Source: a virus (lineage: Duplodnaviria; Caudoviricetes). From it: 24,387 nt of DNA. The number at the start of each line of letters is the position of its first letter. The first letter of the stretch is position 1. The notes beneath the pieces were generated by a model that saw nothing but the letters and a program-made list of their open reading frames with translations, was not told the DNA's origin and did no database searches. The translations under genes and the position numbers were made by a program. Location of the stretch: positions 1 through 24,387 of the IMG/VR virus record IMGVR_UViG_3300044723_001636. The stretch is one strand, 5' to 3'. Of the stretch, positions 8,186 through 17,295 are shown piece after piece.

Positions 8186-8203
8186 TAAATAATGTATTAT
8201 ATT
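8175..8203 (+). promoter_or_regulatory. Sigma70-type promoter of hsp20
   Basis: TTGACA-17 nt-TATATT. Confidence 0.75.
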
Positions 8204-8208
8204 ATATA

Positions 8209-8268
8209 TGTACGCCTTTTAAGGGTACACTTAATAACTTTGCTTAAATTAACAAGGAGGTTTATATG
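8209..8268 (+). promoter_or_regulatory. ROSE-like RNA thermometer in the hsp20 5' UTR
   Basis: 5' hairpin TGTACGCCTTTTAAGGGTACA, then AACTTTGCTT pairs with AAGGAGGTT (the SD) leaving the G of UUGCU bulged. Confidence 0.6.
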
Positions 8269-8703
8269 ACAAACGCATTAAGTATATTCAATCAATTAAG
8301 ACCCGTAACAGTAGGATTTGACGATATCTTTGAAGACTTTGGAAAGATGTTTGACGAGAATATATTACGAGGTTCTTATAAACAATCTTACCCACCTTAT
8401 GATATTGTAAAGGTTACCGATAACAAATACAATATCCAGATTGCTCTAGCAGGATATTCAAAGAAAGATATTGAGGTAAAGGTAGAAGAAAACACTTTAT
8501 CTGTTAAATCCATCAGAGAATCATCTGCTGAAAAGCAAGAAATAATACATCAAGGCATTTCAAAGAGATACTTTGAAAGACATTTCACCATTGCTGATGA
8601 TGTAGAAGTGTTAGGTGCAGAACTAAAAGATGGTCTATTGACTGTTTCTTTAGAGAGAATAATACCTGAACACAAAAAAGCAAAGACTATTTTAATTAAA
8701 TAA
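8266..8703 (+). CDS. hsp20: Small heat shock protein (Hsp20/IbpA family)
   Basis: VGFDDIF, SYPPYDI, IALAGY, HQGISKRYFERHFTIAD, AELKDGLLTVSLERIIPE; strong SD AAGGAGG. Confidence 0.95.
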   Translation: MTNALSIFNQLRPVTVGFDDIFEDFGKMFDENILRGSYKQSYPPYDIVKVTDNKYNIQIALAGYSKKDIEVKVEENTLSVKSIRESSAEKQEIIHQGISKRYFERHFTIADDVEVLGAELKDGLLTVSLERIIPEHKKAKTILIK

Positions 8704-8714
8704 ATAGTCATAAA

Positions 8715-8776
8715 GGGGTAGTGTTTGAGAAATACGTTTTACAGATATGTTGACAGAAAAACACTACCCTCATTTT
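8715..8776 (+). terminator. Long-loop inverted repeat after hsp20 (terminator or RBS-sequestering stem)
   Basis: GGGTAGTGTTT (8716-8726) pairs with AAACACTACCC (8759-8769); 32-nt loop; followed by TCATTTT. Confidence 0.5.
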
Positions 8777-9414
8777 CAAAACCTGATTTTGAAAAGATAG
8801 ATTTTCGTGTTTGCAAAAGTAATGTTCTTGAAGACGGTAAGTCTTTAGGTAATAGTGATGGTAGAATCTACGTCATTGAAAAGAAAAATGGTTTGTATCG
8901 TAAACTGTTTGGACCTCTTATAGATTATATAGAATCTTTAGGTGATATGACAGTATTGTATATACAATATTTAATCACAGAACCTAATAGTAAAATGATC
9001 ATACATAATGATAGAGATATGATTTATCAGAATAACTCTTGGATAGATGCTGATGCTTGTTCTTTAAATTATTCATACGGAACATTAGACTCGTATTTAG
9101 AATTTTTTAAATTAAAATCTGCTCATTATGAAAAAATAGAAAGATTTAGATATATACACAACCAAGAGGATTTTGATAAACCTTATTTGTTTGAAGGTAT
9201 CAGAGAAAAAGATACCAGTTTAGTTGCAGAGGCAAAATACGATACAAAATATGCAACATTAGTTAATTGTGCAGTTTATCATAGAGCAGTTAACCATTCA
9301 AATGTACCAAGATATGTTATACATTTTAGATTAGTTAGAAAAAGTGATCCCAATATTGACATTAAATTTCGTGAGGCAAAAAAGATATTTAAAAGTCATA
9401 TAGTTGATATTTAG
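8725..9414 (+). CDS. Cupin / 2OG-Fe(II) oxygenase-like protein
   Basis: HxD (IHND) and distal LVNCAVYHRAVN...RYVIHFR pattern typical of double-stranded beta-helix oxygenases. TTG start is uncertain. Confidence 0.55.
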   Translation: MRNTFYRYVDRKTLPSFSKPDFEKIDFRVCKSNVLEDGKSLGNSDGRIYVIEKKNGLYRKLFGPLIDYIESLGDMTVLYIQYLITEPNSKMIIHNDRDMIYQNNSWIDADACSLNYSYGTLDSYLEFFKLKSAHYEKIERFRYIHNQEDFDKPYLFEGIREKDTSLVAEAKYDTKYATLVNCAVYHRAVNHSNVPRYVIHFRLVRKSDPNIDIKFREAKKIFKSHIVDI

Positions 9415-9416
9415 AC

Positions 9417-9445
9417 TTGACAAGATACAAATTTTATTATATAGT
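9417..9445 (+). promoter_or_regulatory. Sigma70-type promoter ahead of the clamp/clamp-loader genes
   Basis: TTGACA-17 nt-TATAGT. Confidence 0.75.
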
Positions 9446-9454
9446 GAGTGAATT

Positions 9455-9727
9455 ATGAAATACAATGAAGATAAAATATTATATGAAGTGATAAGTTACA
9501 TTAAGTCAACTTATAACCAACACTACTCTGATAGTGGTAGTGGTTTTCAAATTCAAGACATATTCAAAGAATTAAATATAGGTCGTGAATTTGCTCAAGC
9601 AAATGCTATCAAATATGTGTGTCGTTATGGAAAAAAACACGGTAAGAATAAAATGGATTTATTCAAGGCGATACACTACATTACATTATTATTAAACTAT
9701 GATAGGAGTGAAGATGAAAGTAAGTAG
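9455..9727 (+). CDS. DUF3310-like protein (T7 gp1.7 nucleotide-kinase-related)
   Basis: HY...F.QANAIKYVCRYGKK...DLFKAIHY matches the DUF3310 pattern HY...F..GNAIKY..R...K....DL.KA..Y. Confidence 0.75.
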   Translation: MKYNEDKILYEVISYIKSTYNQHYSDSGSGFQIQDIFKELNIGREFAQANAIKYVCRYGKKHGKNKMDLFKAIHYITLLLNYDRSEDESK

Positions 9728-10382
9728 TCAAACATTATCTGTTCTCAAAAACTTTTCTGAAATTAATGAGAACATTTTAGTAAAACCAGGCAGTACAATT
9801 AGAACCATATCTACTTTGAAAAATGTGTTAGCACAAGCAAAAGTAGAAGAGAACTTTGATAAAGAGTTTGGTATATACAAATTACCAGAGTTTCTACGTT
9901 CAGTAGAACTGTTTGAAAAACCAGAACTAAACTTTAATGGTGGTCAGTATGTAACTATTAAAGATGAAAAGTATAAGCAACATATTAAATATTTCTTTGC
10001 TGATGAGTCTGTATTAGTGACACCATCAAAGTCAATAGAACTACCAGATAGATATGTGACTTTTACATTTACAAAAGAAAAGTTTGAAAGACTAATGAAA
10101 GGTGCTAACTCTTTAGCATTACCAGACATAGCATTAAAAGGTGCTGAAGGTAAAATGACTATTACTGCATCTGACAAAAAGAATACTTCTTCAAATGAAT
10201 ATTCTGTTGAGTTAGGTGAAACTGATAAAAACTTTGTAGCATATTTTAGAATGGAAAACTTCAAACAAATTGAAGATGACTATGATGTAGCAATCTCACA
10301 AAAAGGTATATCACACTTTATAGGTAAAACTAGACAAGTGCAGTATTGGATTGCTCTTGAAAATGATAGTGTTTTTAATTAA
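9714..10382 (+). CDS. 45: Sliding clamp (T4 gp45)
   Basis: MKVSSQTLSVLKNFSEIN, FGIYKLPEFL, C-terminal YWIALE; precedes gp44/gp62. Start placed at the second Met. Confidence 0.93.
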   Translation: MKVSSQTLSVLKNFSEINENILVKPGSTIRTISTLKNVLAQAKVEENFDKEFGIYKLPEFLRSVELFEKPELNFNGGQYVTIKDEKYKQHIKYFFADESVLVTPSKSIELPDRYVTFTFTKEKFERLMKGANSLALPDIALKGAEGKMTITASDKKNTSSNEYSVELGETDKNFVAYFRMENFKQIEDDYDVAISQKGISHFIGKTRQVQYWIALENDSVFN

Positions 10383-10397
10383 TTTGAGGTTTATATT

Positions 10398-11342
10398 ATG
10401 GAAGAATTTTTATGGGTCGAGAAGTATCGACCTAAAACAATACAGGATTGTATACTAACAAAAGATTTATCAGATACATTCAAAAAGTTTTCTAACAAAG
10501 GTGAGATACCAAATCTACTACTATCTGGCACTGCTGGTACAGGTAAGACCACTGTTGCAAAAGCATTATGTGAAGAAATAAAAGCAGACTACATTGTCAT
10601 AAATGGTTCTGATGAAGGTAGACAGATTGATACCTTACGAAACAAGATAAAAGATTTTGCATCTACTGTTTCACTAAATGAAACTGCTAAACACAAAGTC
10701 GTTATTATTGATGAGGCAGATTATATGAATCCTGAATCTGTTCAACCAGCATTAAGAAACTTTATAGAAACATTTCATAAGAACTGTAGATTTATATTTA
10801 CTTGTAATTACAAAAACAAAATACTACCTGCTCTGCATAGTCGTTGCACTGTGGTAGATTTTAGAATTGTAAATGGTCAAAAGAAAATACTTGCAGTAAA
10901 ACTTATGAACAGATTATTCTTTATCTTGAAGAATGAAAAGATAGAGTATGATAAGAAAGTATTATCAGAACTTATAATGAAATACTTTCCTGACTTTAGA
11001 AGAACTATAAATGAATTGCAAAGATATTCAGTTAGAGGTAAGATTGATAGTGGCATATTATATAATATGTCAGAAGTTGATATCAAAAATCTAATGGCAT
11101 CTATCAAAGAAAAAAGATTTAATGATATGCGAAAGTGGGTGGTTACAAATATTGATAAAGAACCAACTCAACTGTTTAGAACCATATATGATAATCTTGA
11201 AAAAAGTTTAGATGCTAAATCTGTTCCTCAAGCAATATTAACACTTGCTGGTTATCAATATAAGTCCGCCTTTGTTGCTGATCAAGAAATCAATATGGTT
11301 GCTTGTTTAACTGAACTTATGGCAAATTGTAAATTCAAATGA
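10398..11342 (+). CDS. 44: Clamp loader large subunit (T4 gp44)
   Basis: LWVEKYRP, Walker A GTAGTGKT, Walker B IIDEAD, SRC motif, FPDFRR. Confidence 0.97.
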   Translation: MEEFLWVEKYRPKTIQDCILTKDLSDTFKKFSNKGEIPNLLLSGTAGTGKTTVAKALCEEIKADYIVINGSDEGRQIDTLRNKIKDFASTVSLNETAKHKVVIIDEADYMNPESVQPALRNFIETFHKNCRFIFTCNYKNKILPALHSRCTVVDFRIVNGQKKILAVKLMNRLFFILKNEKIEYDKKVLSELIMKYFPDFRRTINELQRYSVRGKIDSGILYNMSEVDIKNLMASIKEKRFNDMRKWVVTNIDKEPTQLFRTIYDNLEKSLDAKSVPQAILTLAGYQYKSAFVADQEINMVACLTELMANCKFK

Positions 11343-11731
11343 GTTATGAATTAAAAGATTATCTCAATGCTATTAATTTTTCAAAGAAGAACTTACTAGA
11401 CACAGACGATACAGAATGGGAAAAGAAGTATCCACCTTTTATAATTAATAAGTGTTTATCTATGCATTATGATACCCTAATGCAGGCAAATGAGATGAAT
11501 GGGTTTCATTTTCTTCCAAAGAAACTACAATTTAATTTTTTCATAAATAGTATCAGAAAGAAAAAAAGATTTGGTGGTAAGTGGTTCAAACCAAGTCAAT
11601 TGAAAGACTTAGATTATATTAAAGAGTATTATGGTTATAGTAATGAGAAGGCAAAGACCGCTCTGAGTATATTATCTAAAGAACAAATTGAAACTATTAA
11701 GAAAAGATTATATAAAGGTGGGAAAAAATGA
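11339..11731 (+). CDS. 62: Clamp loader small subunit (T4 gp62)
   Basis: YPPFIINKCLS, ANEMN, YYGYSNEKA, C-terminal KGG; synteny with gp44. Confidence 0.92.
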   Translation: MSYELKDYLNAINFSKKNLLDTDDTEWEKKYPPFIINKCLSMHYDTLMQANEMNGFHFLPKKLQFNFFINSIRKKKRFGGKWFKPSQLKDLDYIKEYYGYSNEKAKTALSILSKEQIETIKKRLYKGGKK

Positions 11732-12159
11732 GTGAATTAAGAAGTGAACAGGTGAACTGGACACCTGGCGATATGTTAGAGGTAACAATCAAACAACCAG
11801 ATGACTTCCTAAAAATAAGAGAAACATTAACAAGAATAGGTGTTGCTAGTCGTAAAGATAGAACATTATATCAGTCGTGTCATATTTTACATAAACAAGG
11901 TAAATATTTCATAACACATTTTAAAGAACTATTTGCACTTGATGGTAAACCAGCAAGTCTAGTGAAGAATGATATAGAAAGAAGAAATACGATTGCAACA
12001 TTACTATCTGATTGGGAACTTATTGAAATAGTAGATAACAATAAAATTTCAGAGAAAGCACCATTAAGTCAAATTAAGATATTGCATTTCAAAGAAAAAA
12101 ACGATTGGAACCTATCTGCTAAATATAACATAGGTAAAAGTCAAAGTAATGAGGAATAA
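11728..12159 (+). CDS. regA: RegA translational repressor
   Basis: PDDFLKIRETLTRIGVAS, LYQSCHILHKQGKYFITHFKELFALDG, W.L..KYNIG. Confidence 0.97.
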   Translation: MSELRSEQVNWTPGDMLEVTIKQPDDFLKIRETLTRIGVASRKDRTLYQSCHILHKQGKYFITHFKELFALDGKPASLVKNDIERRNTIATLLSDWELIEIVDNNKISEKAPLSQIKILHFKEKNDWNLSAKYNIGKSQSNEE

Positions 12160-13547
12160 TGCACATACCCAAATTCAAAGAGTTTATAGGTGAGGCAAAA
12201 GATGAAAGATTATTTTGCAAGATATTAATTATTACTGACGAACCTGAAGAGGCAAAAACATTTCATACTGCTGATAGACTAAAACAAGAGGCAGAAAAAC
12301 TAAAGTTACCATACTATCTGTATAAGTTGTCTGGTGGTTATATGACCTTTGAAGATGGTATTAGAAGATTACATAATAAAAATGATCCAAAAGGTTTTGA
12401 AATAACTTCTGATACTGTCGCAGTTATTCGTGGTTCTATTACACGAAAAGATAGTTGGATGGATATTGTATCAACTTTAGAAAAAGATGGTATATGTGTT
12501 GTTAATTCAAGACAGTGTATTAGTATCTGTGCTGATAAGTATAGAACATATTTAAAACTTGCTGACTACAGTATTAATCAACCTAATACTGCATTGATAA
12601 CAGATGCAGAAAAGTCAAAAGAGGCATTTGAGAAGTTAGACACAAAATATCCTATCATATTAAAAACATTAAGAGGCAGTAAAGGTGTTGGTGTTTTATT
12701 TGTAGAATCAGAAAGAGGTCTTGATAGTTTATGTCAAGTGCTATACAAACAAGATGAAGATGCTGACCTACTTTTACAAGAGTATATACCTAATGATTAT
12801 GATGTCAGAGTATTGATATTAGGTGGTAAAGTATTAGCAAATATGAAACGACCAGTTATCGAAGGAGACTTTAGAAGTAATGTATCACAAGGTTCCGAAC
12901 CAACAAAGATAGATTTAACTGAAGTTGAAATTACAGAGTGTTTAAAGGCGGCAAAAGCAGTTGGTGGATTATGGACTGCCGTTGATTTTATACCTAGCAA
13001 AAATAGAGAAAAAGAACCACCTTACATATTAGAAGTAAACTCATCACCTGGTACAGAAGGTATTGAAAAAGCGAGTGGTCAAAATATATCAAAAGAAGTT
13101 ATTCAGTTTTTTATGAAAGACACTAATAGAATTAAAGTGCCTGATGCTTGTGGTTTCAAAGAGATTGTAACAATAAAACCATTTGGTGAAATAGTTGCAA
13201 AGTTTGATACAGGTAATTCAGGTATGTCTGTGATACACGCAGACAAAACAAAAGTCAAGGGTAAAACAATTGCTTGGACTTTAATGGGTAAAACAGTTGT
13301 ATCACAAATTATAAGAAAAGAAGAAATAAAAGTTGGTGGTTTAAGAGATTATGAAGAAGATAGATATGTGATAAAGTTAGATATGGAATTTGCTGGTACA
13401 GTTTACAAAGACATTTTATTTACAATAGATAATAGAGAAGACAGAACTCCTATATTATTAGACCGTGAAACAATGAACAAACTAAACGTTATAGTATCAC
13501 CTAGAAGAAAATATGTAATGACAACTCATTACGAACTTGACAAATAA
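12159..13547 (+). CDS. rimK: RimK-family ATP-grasp ligase fused to a C-terminal RimK-associated retropepsin-like protease domain
   Basis: DKYRTY..L, PIILKTLRGSKGVGV, LLQEYI, DVRVLILGG, DFRSNVSQG, ILEVNSSPGTEGIE; then AKFDTGNSG and PILLDRETM. Confidence 0.88.
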   Translation: MHIPKFKEFIGEAKDERLFCKILIITDEPEEAKTFHTADRLKQEAEKLKLPYYLYKLSGGYMTFEDGIRRLHNKNDPKGFEITSDTVAVIRGSITRKDSWMDIVSTLEKDGICVVNSRQCISICADKYRTYLKLADYSINQPNTALITDAEKSKEAFEKLDTKYPIILKTLRGSKGVGVLFVESERGLDSLCQVLYKQDEDADLLLQEYIPNDYDVRVLILGGKVLANMKRPVIEGDFRSNVSQGSEPTKIDLTEVEITECLKAAKAVGGLWTAVDFIPSKNREKEPPYILEVNSSPGTEGIEKASGQNISKEVIQFFMKDTNRIKVPDACGFKEIVTIKPFGEIVAKFDTGNSGMSVIHADKTKVKGKTIAWTLMGKTVVSQIIRKEEIKVGGLRDYEEDRYVIKLDMEFAGTVYKDILFTIDNREDRTPILLDRETMNKLNVIVSPRRKYVMTTHYELDK

Positions 13548-13565
13548 ATTAAAATAAGATATATT
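13537..13565 (+). promoter_or_regulatory. Sigma70-type promoter of gp43 (near-leaderless transcript)
   Basis: TTGACA-17 nt-TATATT; ATG at 13571 is only 5 nt after the -10 box and no SD is visible. Confidence 0.7.
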
Positions 13566-13570
13566 ACAGT

Positions 13571-16057
13571 ATGAATTTTTACAAGAATGTGATTGTACAC
13601 AGAGGCAAACTTCTGATTAGAGGTGTGTTGAATGGTAAAGAGTATCAAGAAAAACTTGACTTCAGTCCCACACTTTATGTATTGTCTAATGAACAAACAG
13701 AATACAAAACACTTCAAGGTCAAAACTTAAAACCTATACGACTTAATTCTATTGCTGATGCTAAAAGATTTAAGAAAGAAGTAGAAACACAGAACTCACC
13801 AATCTTTGGTTTAGATAGATTTCACTATCAGTATATTGGTCAAGAATATCCTGGTAGAATAGAATGGTCTAGAGAATACATTAAAATATTTACATTAGAT
13901 ATCGAAACAACTTGTGAGGCAGGTTTTCCTGATGTTGAAAACCCAACAGAAGAATTAATTTGTATTACAATTAAAAATCAATCTAACAAACAAATAATTA
14001 CTTGGGGTGTTGGTGACTTCTATCACGATAGAGATGATGTGACTTATGTAAAATGTAAAAGTGAAAATGAATTGTTAATGCAGTTTATGATGTTCTGGAC
14101 CAAAAATTATCCTGACGTAATTTCCGGGTGGAATACTAAATTTTTCGATTTACCATATCTAATGAATAGAATAAGACATTTACACGGTGATAAAGTAATC
14201 AATAAATTATCGCCTTGGAAACTAATTCAAAGAGATGAAATAGAAGTTAGAGGTAAAGTACAAACTGTTTATAACTTGTATGGTATTGTTATGTTAGATT
14301 ATCTTGATCTATATAGACAATACATACCACAGAAACCTGAAAGTTATAAACTAGATCACATTGGTGAAATTGAACTAGGTCAAAATAAAAATGAAAACCC
14401 TTACGATACATTTAAAGAGTTTTATGAAAAAGATTTTCAAAAGTTTGTAGACTACAATATACAAGATGTTGAACTTGTTGATGCTCTTGAAGATAAGTTA
14501 CGTCTTATAGATTTAGCATTAACTATTGCGTATGAAAGTAAAGTAAACTATGGTGATATATTTTCACAAGTTAGATTATGGGATACGTTGATTGCAAATC
14601 ACTTAATGACAAAAAAGATATGTGTTCCACCACGAGAAGATCAAGTAAAAGAAACAAAGTATGTTGGTGCATATGTAAAAGAACCCAAACCTGGTTTATT
14701 TAAATGGGTCGTATCATTCGATATTAATTCTCTATACCCACATATTATTATTCAGTATAATATATCACCAGAAAAAATCATAGGTGCAGAGAAAGGATTG
14801 TCTGTAGAAAAAATGTTAGAAGGTAAATCTATGTTATCTTATCTAGAAACAGAGGGTGCTTGTATCACCCCAAACGGTGCAAAGTTTAAAACAGATAGTC
14901 AAGGTTTCTTACCAGAGATGATGGAAACAATGTATCAAGAACGTGTCATATACAAAAATAAAATGCTTGATGCTAAAAAACAAAAAGAAAAAACAAAAGA
15001 TGTTAAATTAGATAATGAAATATCACGATATCACAATATTCAATGGGCGAGAAAGATTGCATTAAATAGTGCTTATGGTGCCATTGGTAATCAATACTTT
15101 AGATATTATGATGTAAAACAAGCAAGTGGTATTACAACTGCTGGTCAGTTTATTATTCGTTTTATAGAAAATAAAATGAATGAGTATTTAAACAACGTGT
15201 TACAAACACAAGGTAAAACTGATTATGTTGTTGCGTCAGATACCGATAGTATATATGTTGTTTTAGATAAACTTGTAGAGAAAACTTGTCAAGGTAAAAC
15301 CAATGACCAAATATTAAATTTTTTAAATAAAGTATGCGATAGTAAATTAGAACCATACATAGAAAAGTGTTTTGATGAACTAGCAAGATACACTAATGCA
15401 TACAAAAATGCTATGGTTATGAAACGTGAAGTTATATCCAATAAAGCAATATGGGTTGCAAAGAAAAGATATATGATGAATGTTTTAGATGAAGAGGGTG
15501 TTCGTCTTTCTAAACCTAAATTAAAAATTATGGGTATTGAGGCAGTAAAATCTTCAACACCTCAAGTGTGTCGTGGTAAAATTAAAGAGGCGATAAACAT
15601 TATTATGAATAAAGATGAGAGTGCTTTGCAAAACTTTATTCAAGATTTTAAGCAAGAGTATTTTAAATTATCTGCTGAACAAGTTTCTTTCCCTAGGTCT
15701 TGTAATAATCTTAAAAAGTATAGGTCATCTAAAGATATTTTTATCAAAGGGTCACCTATTCACGTTAAGGGTGCTTTGATATATAATTATCAAATACAAA
15801 AAATGAAATTGCAAAACAAGTATCCTTACATACAAGAGGGTGATAAGATTAAGTTTGTTAAGTTACTAGAGCAAAATCCATTTAGATTTGATGTTATAAG
15901 TTATGTAACTAAATTACCTACAGAATTCAAACTACAGAAATGCATTGATTATGAAGTACAATTTCAAAAGACATTTCTTGATCCTATGCGTTTCATACTT
16001 GAGGCAATTGGTTGGTCAGCAGAAAAACAAGCAACACTGGAGGATTTTTTTCAATGA
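13571..16057 (+). CDS. 43: Family B DNA polymerase (T4 gp43)
   Basis: ExoI LDIET, ExoII GWNTKFFDLPY, ExoIII YNIQDV; SFDINSLYP, KIALNSAYGAIG, ASDTDS, KKRY; C-terminal clamp-binding LEDFF. Confidence 0.98.
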   Translation: MNFYKNVIVHRGKLLIRGVLNGKEYQEKLDFSPTLYVLSNEQTEYKTLQGQNLKPIRLNSIADAKRFKKEVETQNSPIFGLDRFHYQYIGQEYPGRIEWSREYIKIFTLDIETTCEAGFPDVENPTEELICITIKNQSNKQIITWGVGDFYHDRDDVTYVKCKSENELLMQFMMFWTKNYPDVISGWNTKFFDLPYLMNRIRHLHGDKVINKLSPWKLIQRDEIEVRGKVQTVYNLYGIVMLDYLDLYRQYIPQKPESYKLDHIGEIELGQNKNENPYDTFKEFYEKDFQKFVDYNIQDVELVDALEDKLRLIDLALTIAYESKVNYGDIFSQVRLWDTLIANHLMTKKICVPPREDQVKETKYVGAYVKEPKPGLFKWVVSFDINSLYPHIIIQYNISPEKIIGAEKGLSVEKMLEGKSMLSYLETEGACITPNGAKFKTDSQGFLPEMMETMYQERVIYKNKMLDAKKQKEKTKDVKLDNEISRYHNIQWARKIALNSAYGAIGNQYFRYYDVKQASGITTAGQFIIRFIENKMNEYLNNVLQTQGKTDYVVASDTDSIYVVLDKLVEKTCQGKTNDQILNFLNKVCDSKLEPYIEKCFDELARYTNAYKNAMVMKREVISNKAIWVAKKRYMMNVLDEEGVRLSKPKLKIMGIEAVKSSTPQVCRGKIKEAINIIMNKDESALQNFIQDFKQEYFKLSAEQVSFPRSCNNLKKYRSSKDIFIKGSPIHVKGALIYNYQIQKMKLQNKYPYIQEGDKIKFVKLLEQNPFRFDVISYVTKLPTEFKLQKCIDYEVQFQKTFLDPMRFILEAIGWSAEKQATLEDFFQ

Positions 16058-17208
16058 TAAAATTATATAATGACGATTGTTTAAAGATAGTAGAAAAATT
16101 AGTAGATGAAGGTATACAAGTTGATTCGATTGTAACTGACCCACCATATCATCTGACATCTATTGTAGAAAGATATGGTAAAGAAGGTTCTGCACCAGCA
16201 AAAGACAAAGATGGTTTATTTCAAAGACAGTCAAAAGGTTTTATGGGTAAAGAATGGGATGGTGGTGATATTGCGTTTAGAGAAGAAACTTGGGAACTTT
16301 TTATGAAAGTATTGAAACCAGGTGGTCATCTACTTGCGTTCTCTAGTAGTCGAACATATCATAGAATGGCAGTTGCGATAGAAGATGCTGGTTTCAGTAT
16401 TCGTGATCAGATTATGTGGTTATATGGTAGTGGGTTTCCGAAGAGTTTAAATATAGGAAAAGCAGTAGATAAGAAATTAGGTAATAAAAGAGAAGTAATT
16501 GGAACTAAAGAATGTGGTTATCAAGTTAGTATTTCTAAAACTAGAAAAGAACAAGGTAATAGACCAAATTTAACTAATGCAACTAAAGAAGTGATTGTCG
16601 ACAAGGGAGATACAGAATATGAGGGTTGGGGAACTGCATTGAAACCAGCACACGAACCTATCGTTCTTGCAAGAAAACCACTATCCGAAAAATCTATCGT
16701 TGCAAATGTACTAAAACATAAAACTGGTGGAATACATATAGATGCGAGTAGAATTGAATACGCAGATGAAAATGATAGAAGTGGGTGGCATAAAACTGGT
16801 GGTGGTGGAAAAGGTTATATGGACACAAGTACATTTAAAATAAGAAAGATAACACCAGAGGAAATACAAGAGAGAACAAAGAATGGTAGGTTTCCAGCAA
16901 ATGTAATGCATAATGGATTAGAAGAAGATTGGGCGAGATACTTCTATTGTGCTAAAGCATCAAAGTCTGAAAAGGGTGATAATCCACACCCAACAGTAAA
17001 ACCATTAAAGTTAATGAAATACTTATGTAAATTAATTACACCAAAGGGTGGGACAGTATTAGACCCATTTATGGGAAGTGGTTCTACTGGTATAGCATCA
17101 AAAGACGAAGGGTTTGAGTTTATAGGTATTGAAAGAGAAAAAGAGTATTTTGAGATTGCAGAAAAAAGAATAAATATAACATCACCTTTAGAGAGTTTTA
17201 TGAAATGA
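16054..17208 (+). CDS. DNA amino-methyltransferase (N6-adenine/N4-cytosine), beta class
   Basis: Catalytic TDPPY near the N terminus, HPTVKP, SAM-binding LDPFMGSGSTG near the C terminus. ATG 16054 overlaps the gp43 stop (ATGA). Confidence 0.92.
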   Translation: MIKLYNDDCLKIVEKLVDEGIQVDSIVTDPPYHLTSIVERYGKEGSAPAKDKDGLFQRQSKGFMGKEWDGGDIAFREETWELFMKVLKPGGHLLAFSSSRTYHRMAVAIEDAGFSIRDQIMWLYGSGFPKSLNIGKAVDKKLGNKREVIGTKECGYQVSISKTRKEQGNRPNLTNATKEVIVDKGDTEYEGWGTALKPAHEPIVLARKPLSEKSIVANVLKHKTGGIHIDASRIEYADENDRSGWHKTGGGGKGYMDTSTFKIRKITPEEIQERTKNGRFPANVMHNGLEEDWARYFYCAKASKSEKGDNPHPTVKPLKLMKYLCKLITPKGGTVLDPFMGSGSTGIASKDEGFEFIGIEREKEYFEIAEKRINITSPLESFMK

Positions 17209-17294
17209 AATTTAAAAAATTAAAAATGAGAATAAGATTATTTTTATCTATCTTTAAGAAGAGAAGAGAAAAAGGTAATCCTTGGATATATTAG
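17205..17294 (+). CDS. 29-aa basic peptide (not in the ORF track)
   Basis: MKFKKLKMRIRLFLSIFKKRREKGNPWIY; ATGA overlap with the methyltransferase stop and fills the gap exactly. Confidence 0.55.
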   Translation: MKFKKLKMRIRLFLSIFKKRREKGNPWIY

Positions 17295-17295
17295 T

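Noticed and set aside
12118-12125. GCTAAATA as a late promoter for the RimK fusion
   Set aside because: Imperfect match to TATAAATA inside the regA coding sequence in AT-rich DNA; could be chance.
6454-16053. Longer upstream starts given by the ORF track (6454, 7556, 9699, 16012)
   Set aside because: SD position, stop/start overlaps and family N termini favour 6469, 7589, 9714 and 16054.
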